Source of the DNA: Prasinococcaceae sp. CCMP 1430
Lineage: Eukaryota; Plantae; Prasinodermophyta
Reading direction: 5' to 3'
Length of the DNA stretch: 64,000 nt
Assembly: GCA_013416795.1 (NCBI GenBank)
Contig: RQSC01000029.1
Location: 158,491 to 222,490, forward strand
Numbering within the stretch: position 1 is the first letter of the stretch; each line of letters starts with the position of its first letter. This document shows, piece by piece, positions 12,001-23,621 of the stretch. The notes under the pieces were generated by a model. That model was not told the origin of the DNA and ran no database searches. It saw only the letters and a program-made list of their open reading frames with translations. A program made the translations under genes and the position numbers.

Positions 12001-12245
12001 CCCGCAGCATGAAGTCCATGGCGTCTGAACTCAACATGTACTCCGCGCAGTGCGCGGAGTACAAGTACGAGATCGAGAGGTTAAACAGAGAGCTCGCAGC
12101 GCTCAAGGCTAAGTGGTACGAGTCGAAGAGGAGGGAGCAGCAGGCCGAGCACAAGGCCACGGCCAAGTCGACATCCGTCAAGACGCAGCCCCTCGGCGCG
12201 AGCCAGGCCAGGTTCACGGGTGGCGGCTTCTCGTTGAACGACTAG
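9010..12245 (+). CDS. CFAP58: Cilia- and flagella-associated protein 58; exons 9010-9060, 9177-9215, 9711-12245
   Basis: Spliced start FEALERDFQEVLRELVGDKSLEKFRVEYEKLH; ERDILGTQLIRRNDEL, ENPLNVHRWRKLEGSDP, C-terminal RFTGGGFSL. Confidence 0.93.
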
Positions 12246-12679
12246 AGCCCCCAAAAGCAAACACTGCGACGCGGAACACAATTGTAACTACTTGTCATTA
12301 ATGCGGTGGCGATTGCGCCCATGAGCAGTGGGCCAGCATTCTTGAGCGCGTTTGGTGGCCTCGCGCGTCGGCAGGCGTGAGCCACTGAGCACGCGCTGCT
12401 GACTCCAGCCCTTGCGAACATCCGCAGCCGATTGCGTGCATGCGCGCTGCGCGCGCAGCCGGGCGCGCAGCCTCACGCGCGCCCGCTGGCGCGCATGCAC
12501 TCGGCGACGCAGCGTGAGGAGCATTCCTCGTTCCACTTGGGCACTTGGTGGCTGTTGTTGCACACAGCCATTGCACACGCCTCTGTGCACGCGTCGACGT
12601 CGCTCACGCCGCACACGGTGACGCATGCGCCCGGCGTCGGGTCCTTGGCCAGCCCGCCGAGCTATTCGGCGAGGGGGGG

Positions 12680-12682
<3 letters not shown>

Positions 12683-12724
<42 letters not shown>
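12683..12724. repeat. Poly-G tract (42 G)
   Basis: Seen directly, intergenic. Confidence 0.9.
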
Positions 12725-12726
<2 letters not shown>

Positions 12727-13493
12727 TGCGTCAGCTCTCGTTGCGGTCGAAGCGAGCGCGTCGCAGGGCGCTGCATCCGCGCGTGTATCCAATCGCCCAA
12801 ATCGCCGACCTAGGTTGGAGCCGCGTGAACTCCGCACAAGCCCGCGATGCCCCGCGCCATCGCCAGCCTCGCACCTTGTTCAGTAGCTTGTTGGACGCGC
12901 ACACGCGCTCGCACACGAACTCGCCCTCCCCCGCCGCCACGCGGCGCGCCTTGACGTCCCCGCCGCTGCCGCCGCCGCCGCGCCGGAAGACGGTGGCGCC
13001 GCCCACGACGGCCGCGGGCGCGCTCTGCCCACCGCGCGGCGCCCCGGGGAGGGGGGGGGGGGGGAGGAGGGGGGTCGTCTCGCCGCCGCCGCGCCCCTCG
13101 CGCCGCGCCGCCGCGATACCACGCACGCGACAGTTTTCTTTTTTCTTTTTTGTTGTTTTTGTTTTCGTTTTCGCGGTTCGCGGCGCGCAACCGCGAAACC
13201 CTCGCTCGCGGCGTGCGCCGCGGCGGGCAACCGTTTGTTTTCCTCTATGTATCCCCGGGGCTTTCATCGGTCCGGGATGGTGATTGGTTGGCGACGACGG
13301 GCTGGCTGGCTGGCTTCTGGACCCCGTTGTTGATGGACGGGCCGCGCGCGGGCGGGCGGAGGACCCGGATGTCTGGGCGCTACCTTGCCCGGCTGGGGAC
13401 CCGCTGCCCTCCGGCCCAGCCGCCGGCGGGCCGCGCGCGCATGGGGGGGCGTCTGCGCGGGGAGCTCCGGCGAGGCGCGGCGCGGCGCGCGCC

Positions 13494-15680
13494 ATGCCGC
13501 GCGCGCGCGGCAAGGATGCGGACGTGGAGCAGCGGCCCACGCTGCAGGCGGTGCTGCTCGCCGACTCGTTCGCGCAGCGCTTTCGCCCCATCACCGCGGA
13601 GCGCCCCAAGGCGCTGCTGCCGCTCGCCAACGTGCCGATGATCGAGTACACGCTCGAGTGGCTGGCGTCGGGCGGCGTTGAGGAGGTCTTCGTGTTCTGC
13701 TGCGCGCACGCCAAGCAGATCGTCTCGTACATCGAGGGCTCGCAGTGGGCGAACACGCCCAAGTTCAAGGTGTCGACCATCGTGTCCTACAACTGCCTGA
13801 GCGCGGGCGAGGCGCTGCGGCTGATCGAGCAGAAGAATGTGGTGCGGTCGGATTTCGTTCTGGTGAGCGCCGACACGGTGAGCACGATCGACCTCGCCCC
13901 CATCGTGGCAGCGCACCGCGAACGGCGAGTGAAGGACAAGCTCGCGGTGATGACGATGTGCGTCAAGCACGCGAGCGCCGCCACCCGCGAGCGCCGGCTC
14001 GGCGAGCCGCCGCTGATGGTTGCGACCGACCCGGAGACGCAGCAAGTGCTCATGTACGACATGGAGACGACCGGGCGGGGCGCGCTCGCCCTCGAGTCCG
14101 AGTTGTTTGGGGCCCGTGACGCGGTGGAGGTGCACGCCGACATCGTGGACTGCCACATCGACATCTGTGCGCCTGAGGTGCTCATGCTCTTCACCGACAA
14201 CTTCGACTTTCAGCAGATCCGCAGTGACTTCGTGCGTGGCCTGCTGAGCGACGAAGTGCTGGGCAACAAGATCTTCCTAGCAGACGTGGGCAACCAGTAC
14301 TCCTTGCGCGTGTCCAACCTGCGCGCTTACGCAGCGGCCTCGCAGGACATCATGCAGCGCTGGAGCTACCCGTACGTGCCCGACGCCAATCTGCTGCACT
14401 GCGAGGCCGGCGATGCGGGGGCCACCACCTACAGCTACGTGCGCGGCAACGTGTACCGGGAGAGCGGCGTTATAGTTCCGCGCAGTGCGCGACTCGGGGA
14501 GGACATCGTCATCGGCGCGGGCACCTCGCTGGGTGAGCGCTGCGTCGTGGAGTCATCGGTGATTGGTCGCGATTGCGTCATCGGCGAGGGGGCCGTCCTG
14601 ACCAATTGCTACGTGCACAACGGTGCCCGCGTGCGCGCTGGGGCGAGGCTGTCGCACTGCATGGTGTGCGAGGGGGCCACGGTGGGTGAGAATGTGACGG
14701 TGGGGGAGGGCTCGATCCTCAGCATTGGGGTGGTCATCGCGGATGGCTTTACGCTGCTGCCGCACTCGCGCGTGAGCTGCTTTCGGCAGCCCGACGACGA
14801 GGACGGCACCGACGACGAGATGGAGGACGCGGTGTCGCGCGAGATACGTGGCGGCGGCGGCGTAGATGACGGCGGCATGCAGGGAAGCGCCGGCACGGAG
14901 AGTGCGAGCGAGGTGGGGGCTGGGGGGCGGGGGCTGCTGTGGAAGGTCGACCAGGAGGCTGCCTTCGCAAGCCTTGCTCCGCCGCCGCAGCGCTCCTTGG
15001 TGGACGTCGCCGACGAGGAGCGCTGCGACACGAGCGACGAGGAGGGCGGGGCAGGTTTCGGCGACGACGACGAGGATGAATCGGATGTCGAGTCAGACGA
15101 CGAGGACGCGCTCTTCCTCTCGGAGGTTAAGGAGACTTTCGTGCGTGGTGTTGAGCAGTCCCTGTCCGACGACAACGTGGTGCTCGAGGTGGGCGCGCTG
15201 CGGCTGGCGTACAATAAGACGTGGGCAGACTGTGCTGGCGGCGTGCTACACGCCATCCTGGACATGGCGTGCGCGCAGGTACCGCCAGGGGGAGCCAACA
15301 TGGATATGCTGCGCGCACTCAAGCTTGTCTTCAGCAAGTGGGGCCGCCAGCTCAAGAAGTTCGTCATGTCGGAGGACGACGAGGTTGAAATGCTGCTGGT
15401 GGTCGAGGAGTATTGTGACGCGGAGTCGGAGCGCGTGGCGGCGAGCAGCGGCCCGCCGGGCATCACCGTGGGCGGGGTGTTCGCGCAAATGCTCAAGCTT
15501 ATGTACGACGACGATTTGTTCCCCGTTAGCGAGGAGGCCATCCTCGCATGGGCGGACGAAAAGGCGGGTGCTGACGAGGAAGATAAGCGCTACGTCAACA
15601 AGGCGATGCCCTTTATCAAGTGGCTGCAGGAAGCGGAGGAGGAGTCCAGCGAGGAGGACTCTGAGGAGGAGAGCGACTGA
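13494..15680 (+). CDS. EIF2B5: Translation initiation factor eIF2B epsilon subunit
   Basis: LQAVLLADSFAQRFRPIT..RPKALLPLANVPMIEYTLEWL, left-handed beta-helix repeats, C-terminal W2 domain (EEAILAW...PFIKWLQEAEEESSEED). Confidence 0.95.
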   Translation: MPRARGKDADVEQRPTLQAVLLADSFAQRFRPITAERPKALLPLANVPMIEYTLEWLASGGVEEVFVFCCAHAKQIVSYIEGSQWANTPKFKVSTIVSYNCLSAGEALRLIEQKNVVRSDFVLVSADTVSTIDLAPIVAAHRERRVKDKLAVMTMCVKHASAATRERRLGEPPLMVATDPETQQVLMYDMETTGRGALALESELFGARDAVEVHADIVDCHIDICAPEVLMLFTDNFDFQQIRSDFVRGLLSDEVLGNKIFLADVGNQYSLRVSNLRAYAAASQDIMQRWSYPYVPDANLLHCEAGDAGATTYSYVRGNVYRESGVIVPRSARLGEDIVIGAGTSLGERCVVESSVIGRDCVIGEGAVLTNCYVHNGARVRAGARLSHCMVCEGATVGENVTVGEGSILSIGVVIADGFTLLPHSRVSCFRQPDDEDGTDDEMEDAVSREIRGGGGVDDGGMQGSAGTESASEVGAGGRGLLWKVDQEAAFASLAPPPQRSLVDVADEERCDTSDEEGGAGFGDDDEDESDVESDDEDALFLSEVKETFVRGVEQSLSDDNVVLEVGALRLAYNKTWADCAGGVLHAILDMACAQVPPGGANMDMLRALKLVFSKWGRQLKKFVMSEDDEVEMLLVVEEYCDAESERVAASSGPPGITVGGVFAQMLKLMYDDDLFPVSEEAILAWADEKAGADEEDKRYVNKAMPFIKWLQEAEEESSEEDSEEESD

Positions 15681-16056
15681 GAGGCCGCGCTCTCTCCAGA
15701 TCGCCACGGCCCAGGGCGCTGGCACTGTCGCAGATTAAAACTCTCAATTGTACCCACCTGAGCCCCCAGACACCCGTGCGGCCGCGCGCGCAACGTGAGC
15801 GTGCGCGCAACGCGAGCGGGGGCGCTCCGAGTCAGTGTCGTCGTCGTGCAAGTGTGGCGCAGGTCGCACCGGCGCCAGCTACCCGCTCGCGTCGAAACCC
15901 ACCGATTCGCAGCATGGCTGGGAGCGAGGTCGAGCTTCGAGTTTCGGGATGTCCTCCTCTGACTTTCCGGAATTTTTGCAGATGTCCGTACGAATAGACG
16001 TCAAAGCGAACGTCTTGTGCACACTGTACGCTGAAAGAAGTGATGCATCCTTTCCA

Positions 16057-16071
16057 TTAGGGTTTAGGGTT
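16057..16071. promoter_or_regulatory. Telo-box (TTAGGGTTTAGGGTT; AAACCCTA on minus strand) at the 5' end of DDX54
   Basis: Two overlapping plant-type telomere units in an AT-richer stretch just upstream of a ribosome-biogenesis gene. Confidence 0.55.
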
Positions 16072-16082
16072 CACAGTCGAGG

Positions 16083-18773
16083 GTGCATGCGCCAGCCGGC
16101 GGGGCGGCGGCCGTCGCGGCGGCTGGCCGCGCGTGCCGCGCTGGCGGCGGCGTGGGCGGTACGCGTGGCGCAGGCGGCGCGGGCGGCGCGGGCGGCCAGA
16201 AGCGCAAGAAGGGCGGCGGCGGGACTTTCGACGCCATGGGCCTCCTGCCAGACGTGCTGCGCGGCGTGAAGCGCAAGGGTTACCGGCTGCCGACGCCCAT
16301 CCAGCGCAAGGCCATCCCACCGGTGCTGATGGGGCGCGACGTCGTTGCGATGGCGCGCACGGGCAGCGGCAAGACGGCGGCGTTCGTGGTGCCCATGCTG
16401 CAGCGGCTGCGCGAGCGCGACTCGAGCGCGTCGACGCGCGCGCTCATCCTCTCGCCGACGCGCGAGCTCGCGCTACAGACGCACAAAGTGTGCAAGGAGC
16501 TCGGGCGCTACTTGAGCCTGCACTACACGCTGGTGGTGGGCGGCGACGCGCTCGAGGCGCAGTTCGCAGCCATCGAGGCGTCGCCAGACGTCATCGTGGC
16601 GACGCCCGGCCGCTTGCTACACCACCTGAGCGAGATGGAGGGCTTCAGCTTGCGTTCTGTGGAGTACTGCGTGCTCGACGAGGCCGACCGCTGCTTTGAG
16701 ATGGGCTTTCGTGAGCAGATCAGCGTCATCATGGGTGGCCTCTCGCCGGCACGCCAGACGCTGCTTTTTAGCGCCACCATGCCCAAGCTCCTGGCCGAAT
16801 TTGCGTCGGCTGGCCTGCGCGAGCCCGCGCTCATCCGCCTGGACAAAGACAACAAGCTCAGCCCCGATCTGCACCTCGAATTTGTGCTCGTGCGCGAGGC
16901 CGACAAGCCCGCCGCGCTGCTGCACATGCTGCAGAGCGTCGTACCTTCCGACCAGCAGACGCTCGTCTTCCTGCCCACCAAGCACACGTGTGAGTACCTT
17001 GCGGAGCTGCTCCTCTTCCATGGCGTTGAGCCCAGCGTCGTATACGGCGCGATGGACCAGACCGCGCGCAAGATCCAGGTGGCGCGCTTCAGGGCGAAGC
17101 GCACATCGATTCTGCTCACCACCGATGTGGCCGCACGCGGCATCGACATTCCGCTGCTCGACAACGTGGTGAATTACGACACGCCAGGCACGGCCAAGCT
17201 CTTCGTCCACCGTGCGGGGCGCGCCGCGCGTGCCGGCCGCGCGGGCACGGCATACACTTTTGGCTGCCCCGATGAAGTGCCCTACGTCGTGGACCTGCAC
17301 CTTTTCCTGGGGCGCAAGCTCGTCGCTGCGGGCTCGGGCGCCGTGGGTGCGGCGGAGCCCTCTACGGACGAGCGTTCCGTGCTAGGCCGCGTGCCACAGG
17401 CGGTTCTTGACGCCGCTAACGAGCAGGTGCGCGCCGCCTCCGCGCAGAGCAACACCGTCGCAGCGCTCGTGCAGCCCGCGGCCAGGGCGCTCAAGCTGTA
17501 CCTCAAGACGCGCCCCAGTGCGAGCGCAGAGTCTGCCAGGCGTGCCAAGCCGCTCAAGGACGCGGGACTGCAGCCCATGTTCCTCCAAAGCGCAGCCGCA
17601 GTGGATGCGGGTGCGGGTGCGGGCACCATTGGTGGCGGTGCGGAAGGCGCGCGCGCGTACTATGAGCAGATGGCGAGCGCCGAGGCCGAAGCGGAGAGGA
17701 TGCGGGCGGCCATGCGCAACTTCCGCCCAAACCAGACGGTGCTCGAGACCCGCCATCTGGGCGCCAACTCGAAGGCGCGCGAGGCTGCTGCAGAGGTGAT
17801 GGCGCGCAAGCGCGAGAGCGATCAGCTCGCCATCCGCAAGACAGCCGAGCAGAACGCGCGCGCCAGGAAGAATGCCCGGGAGAGCGCAGACTACCGCGAC
17901 GAGATCATTGGTGGCGGCGGAGAAGGTGGCTGCACCAGCTCTGACGATGATGGTGGGAGTGAAGACCAGCGGAATGGCGGCGCCGATAGTGACGCCGAGC
18001 ATGGCGCCGGTCTGGGTGACGGCAGCGACGCAAGCGACGAAAGCGGAAGCGATGTGGAGGCGGACGGCGACGACGACGACGACAGCGATGATGGGGCCAG
18101 GCGCCCAAGCAAGCGCTCGCGCCGCGCCACCGCCAAGCCGGGCTCGATTCGCAGCGGCGGAAGGGTAGCCGGCGCGAGCGGCCCGGTCGCCAGTGGCGCG
18201 TACCGCGACGCCGCGTTCTACGTGCCCAGCTTGCCGCAGCGCGAGTACTACGAGGAAGCCGGATATGCCAACGGCGAGGAGCGTGGCGGGGGCGAATCGC
18301 TAGGCACGTCGCGCATTGCTGACGCAGTCCTCGACCTGACTGCCGATGATGCCATCGGCATGAAGGCACAGAAAACCAACTACCACTGGGATAGGAAAAA
18401 CAAGAAGTACGTCAAGGTGCACGCCGGTGAAAAGCTGAGCTTCAAGGGTGGCCAGATTAAGGTGACCAACGAGGCCGGGCGCAAGACCAAGTCGGGCGTG
18501 GCCAAGAAGAGCATCTACCAACAGTGGAAGGCGCGCAACAAGGGTGCCGGCGCCGCGCACGGCGGTGCGGGCGCGAGTGGCAAGAAGGGCGGCCGCGCGC
18601 CAAACGCGGACGCCAGGGATGAGCTACGCACTCCCCAGCAGGTGCAGAAGGCGCGCGACAAGAAGAAACGCATGGGCGAGCGTGCGCGCGGAGGTGGAGG
18701 TGGCCGAGGCGGGGGGCGCGGTGGGGGAGGGCGCGGCGGTGGGCGCAGCGGAGGCGGCCGCGGGAGGCGGTAA
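16083..18773 (+). CDS. DDX54: DEAD-box RNA helicase DDX54/Dbp10 (true start probably on an upstream exon)
   Basis: GYRLPTPIQRKAIP, MARTGSGKT, LDEADR, SAT, HRAGRAARAG, DBP10CT motif WDRKNKKYV. The track start is GTG. Confidence 0.93.
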   Translation: MHAPAGGAAAVAAAGRACRAGGGVGGTRGAGGAGGAGGQKRKKGGGGTFDAMGLLPDVLRGVKRKGYRLPTPIQRKAIPPVLMGRDVVAMARTGSGKTAAFVVPMLQRLRERDSSASTRALILSPTRELALQTHKVCKELGRYLSLHYTLVVGGDALEAQFAAIEASPDVIVATPGRLLHHLSEMEGFSLRSVEYCVLDEADRCFEMGFREQISVIMGGLSPARQTLLFSATMPKLLAEFASAGLREPALIRLDKDNKLSPDLHLEFVLVREADKPAALLHMLQSVVPSDQQTLVFLPTKHTCEYLAELLLFHGVEPSVVYGAMDQTARKIQVARFRAKRTSILLTTDVAARGIDIPLLDNVVNYDTPGTAKLFVHRAGRAARAGRAGTAYTFGCPDEVPYVVDLHLFLGRKLVAAGSGAVGAAEPSTDERSVLGRVPQAVLDAANEQVRAASAQSNTVAALVQPAARALKLYLKTRPSASAESARRAKPLKDAGLQPMFLQSAAAVDAGAGAGTIGGGAEGARAYYEQMASAEAEAERMRAAMRNFRPNQTVLETRHLGANSKAREAAAEVMARKRESDQLAIRKTAEQNARARKNARESADYRDEIIGGGGEGGCTSSDDDGGSEDQRNGGADSDAEHGAGLGDGSDASDESGSDVEADGDDDDDSDDGARRPSKRSRRATAKPGSIRSGGRVAGASGPVASGAYRDAAFYVPSLPQREYYEEAGYANGEERGGGESLGTSRIADAVLDLTADDAIGMKAQKTNYHWDRKNKKYVKVHAGEKLSFKGGQIKVTNEAGRKTKSGVAKKSIYQQWKARNKGAGAAHGGAGASGKKGGRAPNADARDELRTPQQVQKARDKKKRMGERARGGGGGRGGGRGGGGRGGGRSGGGRGRR

Positions 18774-19160
18774 CGTGTGCCGGCGTATGTTAATAACAGA
18801 GGGATCGCCGTTCACGAGCATGACATCATGTGTGTGCCTGTGTGGCGCGGCGGCCGCGCCTCCGCCACACGCGCGCCACGCTGGACCTGCGCGCCCGCGT
18901 GGCCTGCTGCTGCGCGCCACACCGGTGCTGCGCCGTCATCGTCGCACACGCGCACCGTGTTGTCGACCGAGCACGTCTGTCGGTGATCCAATGGTCGTAA
19001 CAACCGGGGGCGCACATGCAGTCGCCACCCGTCCCTCCGCGGCCCACCAGCCAGCCAGCGCTGCGGCCCGCCTGTCCGTCAGTCGGGGAACCGAGATGCG
19101 CCGCTCTCCGGCTGGAGTCCCCTGACCCGTCCGACCGACCATCCGCTCGACGGGATGCTT

Positions 19161-19195
19161 TGATTGGTTGGTTGATTGGTTGATTGGTTGATTGG
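19161..19195. repeat. Four TGATTGG units (reverse CCAAT boxes)
   Basis: TGATTGG at 19161, 19173, 19181 and 19189. Confidence 0.8.
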
Positions 19196-19664
19196 CCCCC
19201 GAGCCCGAACCGAACTGAACCGACTCCGTCGGTGCGCTGCTCGGCTTTGATCACACGTTGGTTCCCAAGCGGATGCGATGTGATCACAATGTGCTGCGCT
19301 GCGCCGCCCCCCTTTCGGCCCCCTTCCCGGCCGGATCGCGCCCCGGATCGGCGGCCGCGCGCGCATGCGCTCAATCCGGAATCCCTCGTGTTAGTTCGGG
19401 ATTCCGCCAACCAACAGCGGGCGTCGAGCGAGGTTGTAAGCCATTCATGTGTTGGGCGCCTCGGGGTTCCGCGCTTGGGGTCTTTGCCGGTGCGTATCCG
19501 CGGCAGGTTCCGAAGTCGGAGGAGGAGCGGGGTTGCGGGCGGCGGCCCACGGCGGCGGCGGCGAGGGCGAGTTCGAGTCGCTGCCTGAGTTCGACGTGCT
19601 GCCACAAGAGGCGTGGGTGCGTTCCGCCGGACGCGCGCGGGGCGCGCGCAGGCGCGTCGCGGCG

Positions 19665-21166
19665 ATGGCGGGCAGCTCGACCGGCCACGCGTTCCGCGTG
19701 ACGACGTTCGGCGAGTCGCATGGAAAGGGCGTCGGCTGCATCATCGACGGCGTGCCCCCCAGGCTGCCCATCTCCGAGGAGGACCTGCAGTACGAGCTTG
19801 ACAGGCGCAGGCCCGGACAGGTATGAGAGCGGCGGCGCGGACGCTGCGGGGGATGGGATCCTGAGATGCACCTCCACCGCGCTTCCCTGCTCCTGACTTC
19901 GTCCACGGGCCCGACCACGCGCGCGCGCGCGTGCCCCTCCCCCAACCCCTCCCCCATCCCGCTCCACATGCGCACGCGCTTGCATGTTGGCGCGCTCCCC
20001 TTTGCATGGATGCTGACCCGCACCCGCCACTCGCCCGCCGCGCCGCGCCGCGCCGCGCCATTGCGGGCGCCCGGCAGTCGCGCATCACTACCCCCCGCAA
20101 CGAGGCCGACAAAGCGGAGATCCTGAGCGGTGTGCTCGATGGCGTGACGCTGGGCACGCCCATTGCCGTGCTCGTGCGCAACAAGGACCAGCGCTCGAAG
20201 GACTACAGCGAGGTGGTGGTGGCGTACCGCCCGTCGCACGCGGACGCCACGTACGACTTCAAGTACGGCGTGCGCGCGGCGGCCGGCGGGGGTCGCTCGA
20301 GCGCGCGGGAGACCATCGGACGCGTCGCCGCGGGTGCCGTGGCCAAGGCGCTCCTCAAGGCTTTCGGCGTGGAGATCGTGGGCTGGGTGAGCCAGGTGAA
20401 GGACGTTGAGTGCGACGTGGACCCGTCGACCGTGACCATGGAGCAGGTTGAGTCCAACATCGCGCGCTGCCCTGATCCCGAGATCGCCGAGCAAATGGTC
20501 GCCGCGATTGACGGCGTTCGCAAGAAGGGCAACTCGACGGGCGGCACCGTGACGTGCGTCGCGCGTCGCGTGCCGCGCGGCCTCGGGCAGCCCGTCTTTG
20601 ACAAGCTCGAGGCGGAGCTGGCCAAGGCGATGATGAGCCTCCCGGCCACCAAGGGCTTCGAGATCGGCTCGGGCTTCAGCGGCGTGTCCATGACTGGCAT
20701 CGAGCACAACGACGAGTTCACGCTCGACCCGGAGGGCAACATCCGCACGCGCACCAACCGCTCTGGTGGCATCCAGGGCGGCATCTCCAACGGCGAGGAC
20801 ATCGTCTTCAAGGTTGCGTTTAAGCCGACCTCCACCATCGCCAAGAAGCAGAACACTGTCACGCGCGACGGCGTCGAGGAGCAGCTGCGCGCGCGCGGTC
20901 GCCACGACCCCTGCGTGGTGCCGCGCGCGGTCCCGATGGTCGAGAGCATGGCCGCGTTGGTGCTCGCGGACCACCTGATGCAGCACTACGCCCAGTGCTG
21001 CCTGCTGCCCGGGAGCGAGCTGGTCAACCTCGAGGGGCCGGTGGAGGTGGAGGACGTCACTTCCAAGCACTACGAGGCGATGGCGGCGCGTAAGGCGGAG
21101 GAGGACGCGCAGGCCAAGGCCGACGCGGAGAAGGGGGAGGAGTGGGGCGCCGCGGCCGCGCCCTGA
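19665..21166 (+). CDS. aroC: Chorismate synthase; intron 19821-20077; transit-peptide exon probably further upstream
   Basis: [17 protein letters not shown]|[63 protein letters not shown]. Confidence 0.97.
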
Positions 21167-21517
21167 GAGAGCGCGATCCGCCCCGTGTACGGTGTACGTG
21201 TAATTACGACGAAAAAGCAGATCTTTTGAGTGCTGTGCGATGGCGCGCGCGAACGCGCGCCGCGCGCGGAAAAAATACAGGAGCTGCAGCGCGCGCAGGT
21301 CCGCAGCGCGCCCCGTGGGCGCGGGGTGGAGGCCGGGGCGGCATCACTCGGCGAGCGAGTGGCGACGGCGGTCGTGCCGGCGTGCTGGGCGGACGGCGAG
21401 GAGCGCCCCGGCGCGTGCGCAAGCGGCAGAGCGCGTGTGGGCCCGCGGCCTGCGGCGCGTTCCTGCGCCCGGACAGGCCGCGACGCCCATTTTCGAGGCG
21501 CTTGGAGGGATCTCGAC

Positions 21518-23429
21518 ATGGCCGGCGCTGCGCGCATTGTCGACAAGGTGCCTATGCCCGCTGCGCCCCTCCCCGAGGGCGAGCACAGTGCCGTCGCGCT
21601 GGCCAAGGCACGGACTGGCCTGCGCGAGGTGTTTGGTGCCGTGCGGCTGCCAGATCTGCTCGAGGCCCTTGGCCCGCGGCGGCTCGCAATCCTGCGCGGA
21701 GATTGCGCCACAGTAGAGGGTGCGCTCCGCATCATGGCGATGCGCAAGCTCCTCGCCGTGCCCGTTGTCGAGCCGCGAGGTGTAAGGGAGGAGGCGGGTG
21801 CTGCCACCGCAGGTGGTGGCAGCGACAGCGCTGCGGGCACTGTGGCCCAGACCATTGTCCCGATGATCCCGGGTGGTGAAAAATCTGACACCACCACCCC
21901 ACTGAGCTCGTCCGCGCCAGCGGCCTCGACCTCGCCGCTGCTCACGGCCGTCGGCGAGGACCCCGCTGCAGTTGGTGGTGCGATCTCCCCGGGCACCGCG
22001 CAAATCAGGCGCGCCTTCCTGTGGAACCAGTCGGACGCGGTCGGTGAGGTATTGGGATTCGTGGGCGTCGGCGACATCATTGCGTCCTTCACCAAGCAGT
22101 TGGACGAGAGCCTCGGCCTGAAGCTGGACACGCAGCCGCAACTTCAGATGCTGTCGCTCATGAAATCGCTCGAGCGTGCCGGCAAGTATTTCGGCTCGAC
22201 CTCGATCAGCACGCTGGTGGACGACAGAAGCACTGGGCTTTTCACCTCGGGCGACGGCGACTTCTTGCTGAGCTCGCAGCTCGAAGACCTGAGCGTGCTG
22301 GACGTCATCTGTCGAGGCTTCGTCAAGCAACCCGCAAACTCGGACGACGCGAGCCTGCGCGCCTTCACGTCGCAGGCAGAGACCGTTCACCGCCTCGTGG
22401 TCGTGGACGCCGGCCATCCCGCCGAGGGGGGCAAGCTCACAGCGGTGTTCAGTCAGACCGACTGCATCCGCTGGCTTTGCGGGCCCGTCGCGCTCTCGGA
22501 GAGTACCGAGACCCACGACACGCTGCCGGACACTGTCCGCGAGGCACTAAGCAACGCCCGGGTAAAGGATCTGCCAGGCTGGGACGACGGCAAGCATGCT
22601 ACGCCGGCAATCTGCGTGCCTGCGTCTACGCTGGCTATCCAGGCGGTGCACGAGATGCTGCGCCACGGCCTTCGCGCGCTCGGCGTCGTTGACATGAAGG
22701 GGCGCCTCATCGGCAACTTTTCAAGTGCGTGCGGCGCCGCGCGCAGGTGTGCGTCGAATGTGCATCGGTCTCTGAGCCAATGCTGCTCTTTTCAATGCTG
22801 CTTGGCGCAACGCAAAGTGTGTGCGTCCAAGAGAATGTTGCGCAAAGGTGCTCGTGCCGACGTCATCCGAAGTGACTCAAGTGCTGACCCACGATCGCAA
22901 TGGTGTTGACCATTGCGTTGAGCAACTCAGTGGCGGATTTGCGCGGGATCAAACCCGAGCATCTCGGAGCCATGGCACTTCCAGTAGCCGAGCTTATAGC
23001 GTGGGAGCACGCGACTGAATATTCTGGGTTCTCCAATAGGATGGATCATCCCTTCGCTCTCTCGCGCAAGGACCGCGTGCCAGGTGCGGAAGTAGGGCAG
23101 GACCTGAAGGTGCGTATGATTTTGGAGGTGCACGCACCCTGTGCGCGACTGCTCCTCGTCATTGTGTTTTGAGCACCTCTACAACTCGCTCGTGACTGGC
23201 GCGATCGAGTCTGTCGCTGCTGTGCTGAACCACGTGCCCACCCCGCCCACCCACCGCACTCGCGACGCCATTGCGATAGGTGTGCACTCCAGAATCCTCT
23301 TTGCTGGCAGTCCTTCGCAACCTCGCTGCCAACAAGCTGCACCGCCTGTGGGTGCTGGACAGCGAACGCAAGCCACTCGGGGTCGTCTCGACCACCGACA
23401 TTATGGAACTGATCGCCGCTGCGGAGTAG
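21518..23429 (+). CDS. CBS-domain protein, SNF4/AMPK-gamma (KING1-like) type; introns 22725-22930 and 23110-23279
   Basis: LLAVPVV, VHRLVVVD...VFSQTDCIRWL, spliced LIGNFSMADLRG, last exon HRLWVLDSERKPLGVVSTTDIM: four CBS repeats. Confidence 0.8.
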
Positions 23430-23621
23430 GGAGCAACGGACACTTGCAGCCCTAGCACAGCCCACTCACTAGACGCACTGCACGTCAACAAAGACGGACA
23501 GTCCATGGGGCTCGCGGCTCTAAAAGTGCTGGTTTATGAAATAGCGCCGTGGCCCTCAGAGCGCCAGCGTCCGCATCGATGCTCTCCTCGCGGCGGGTGG
23601 TAGCGGCGCGGCTGGCCCTGG

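Noticed and set aside
15968-15981. AATTTTTG as an Sm site of an snRNA
   Set aside because: No U1/U2/U4/U5 sequence nearby; better explained as a 3' splice-site pyrimidine tract.
19445-21070. 541-aa minus-strand ORF
   Set aside because: Antisense shadow of chorismate synthase.
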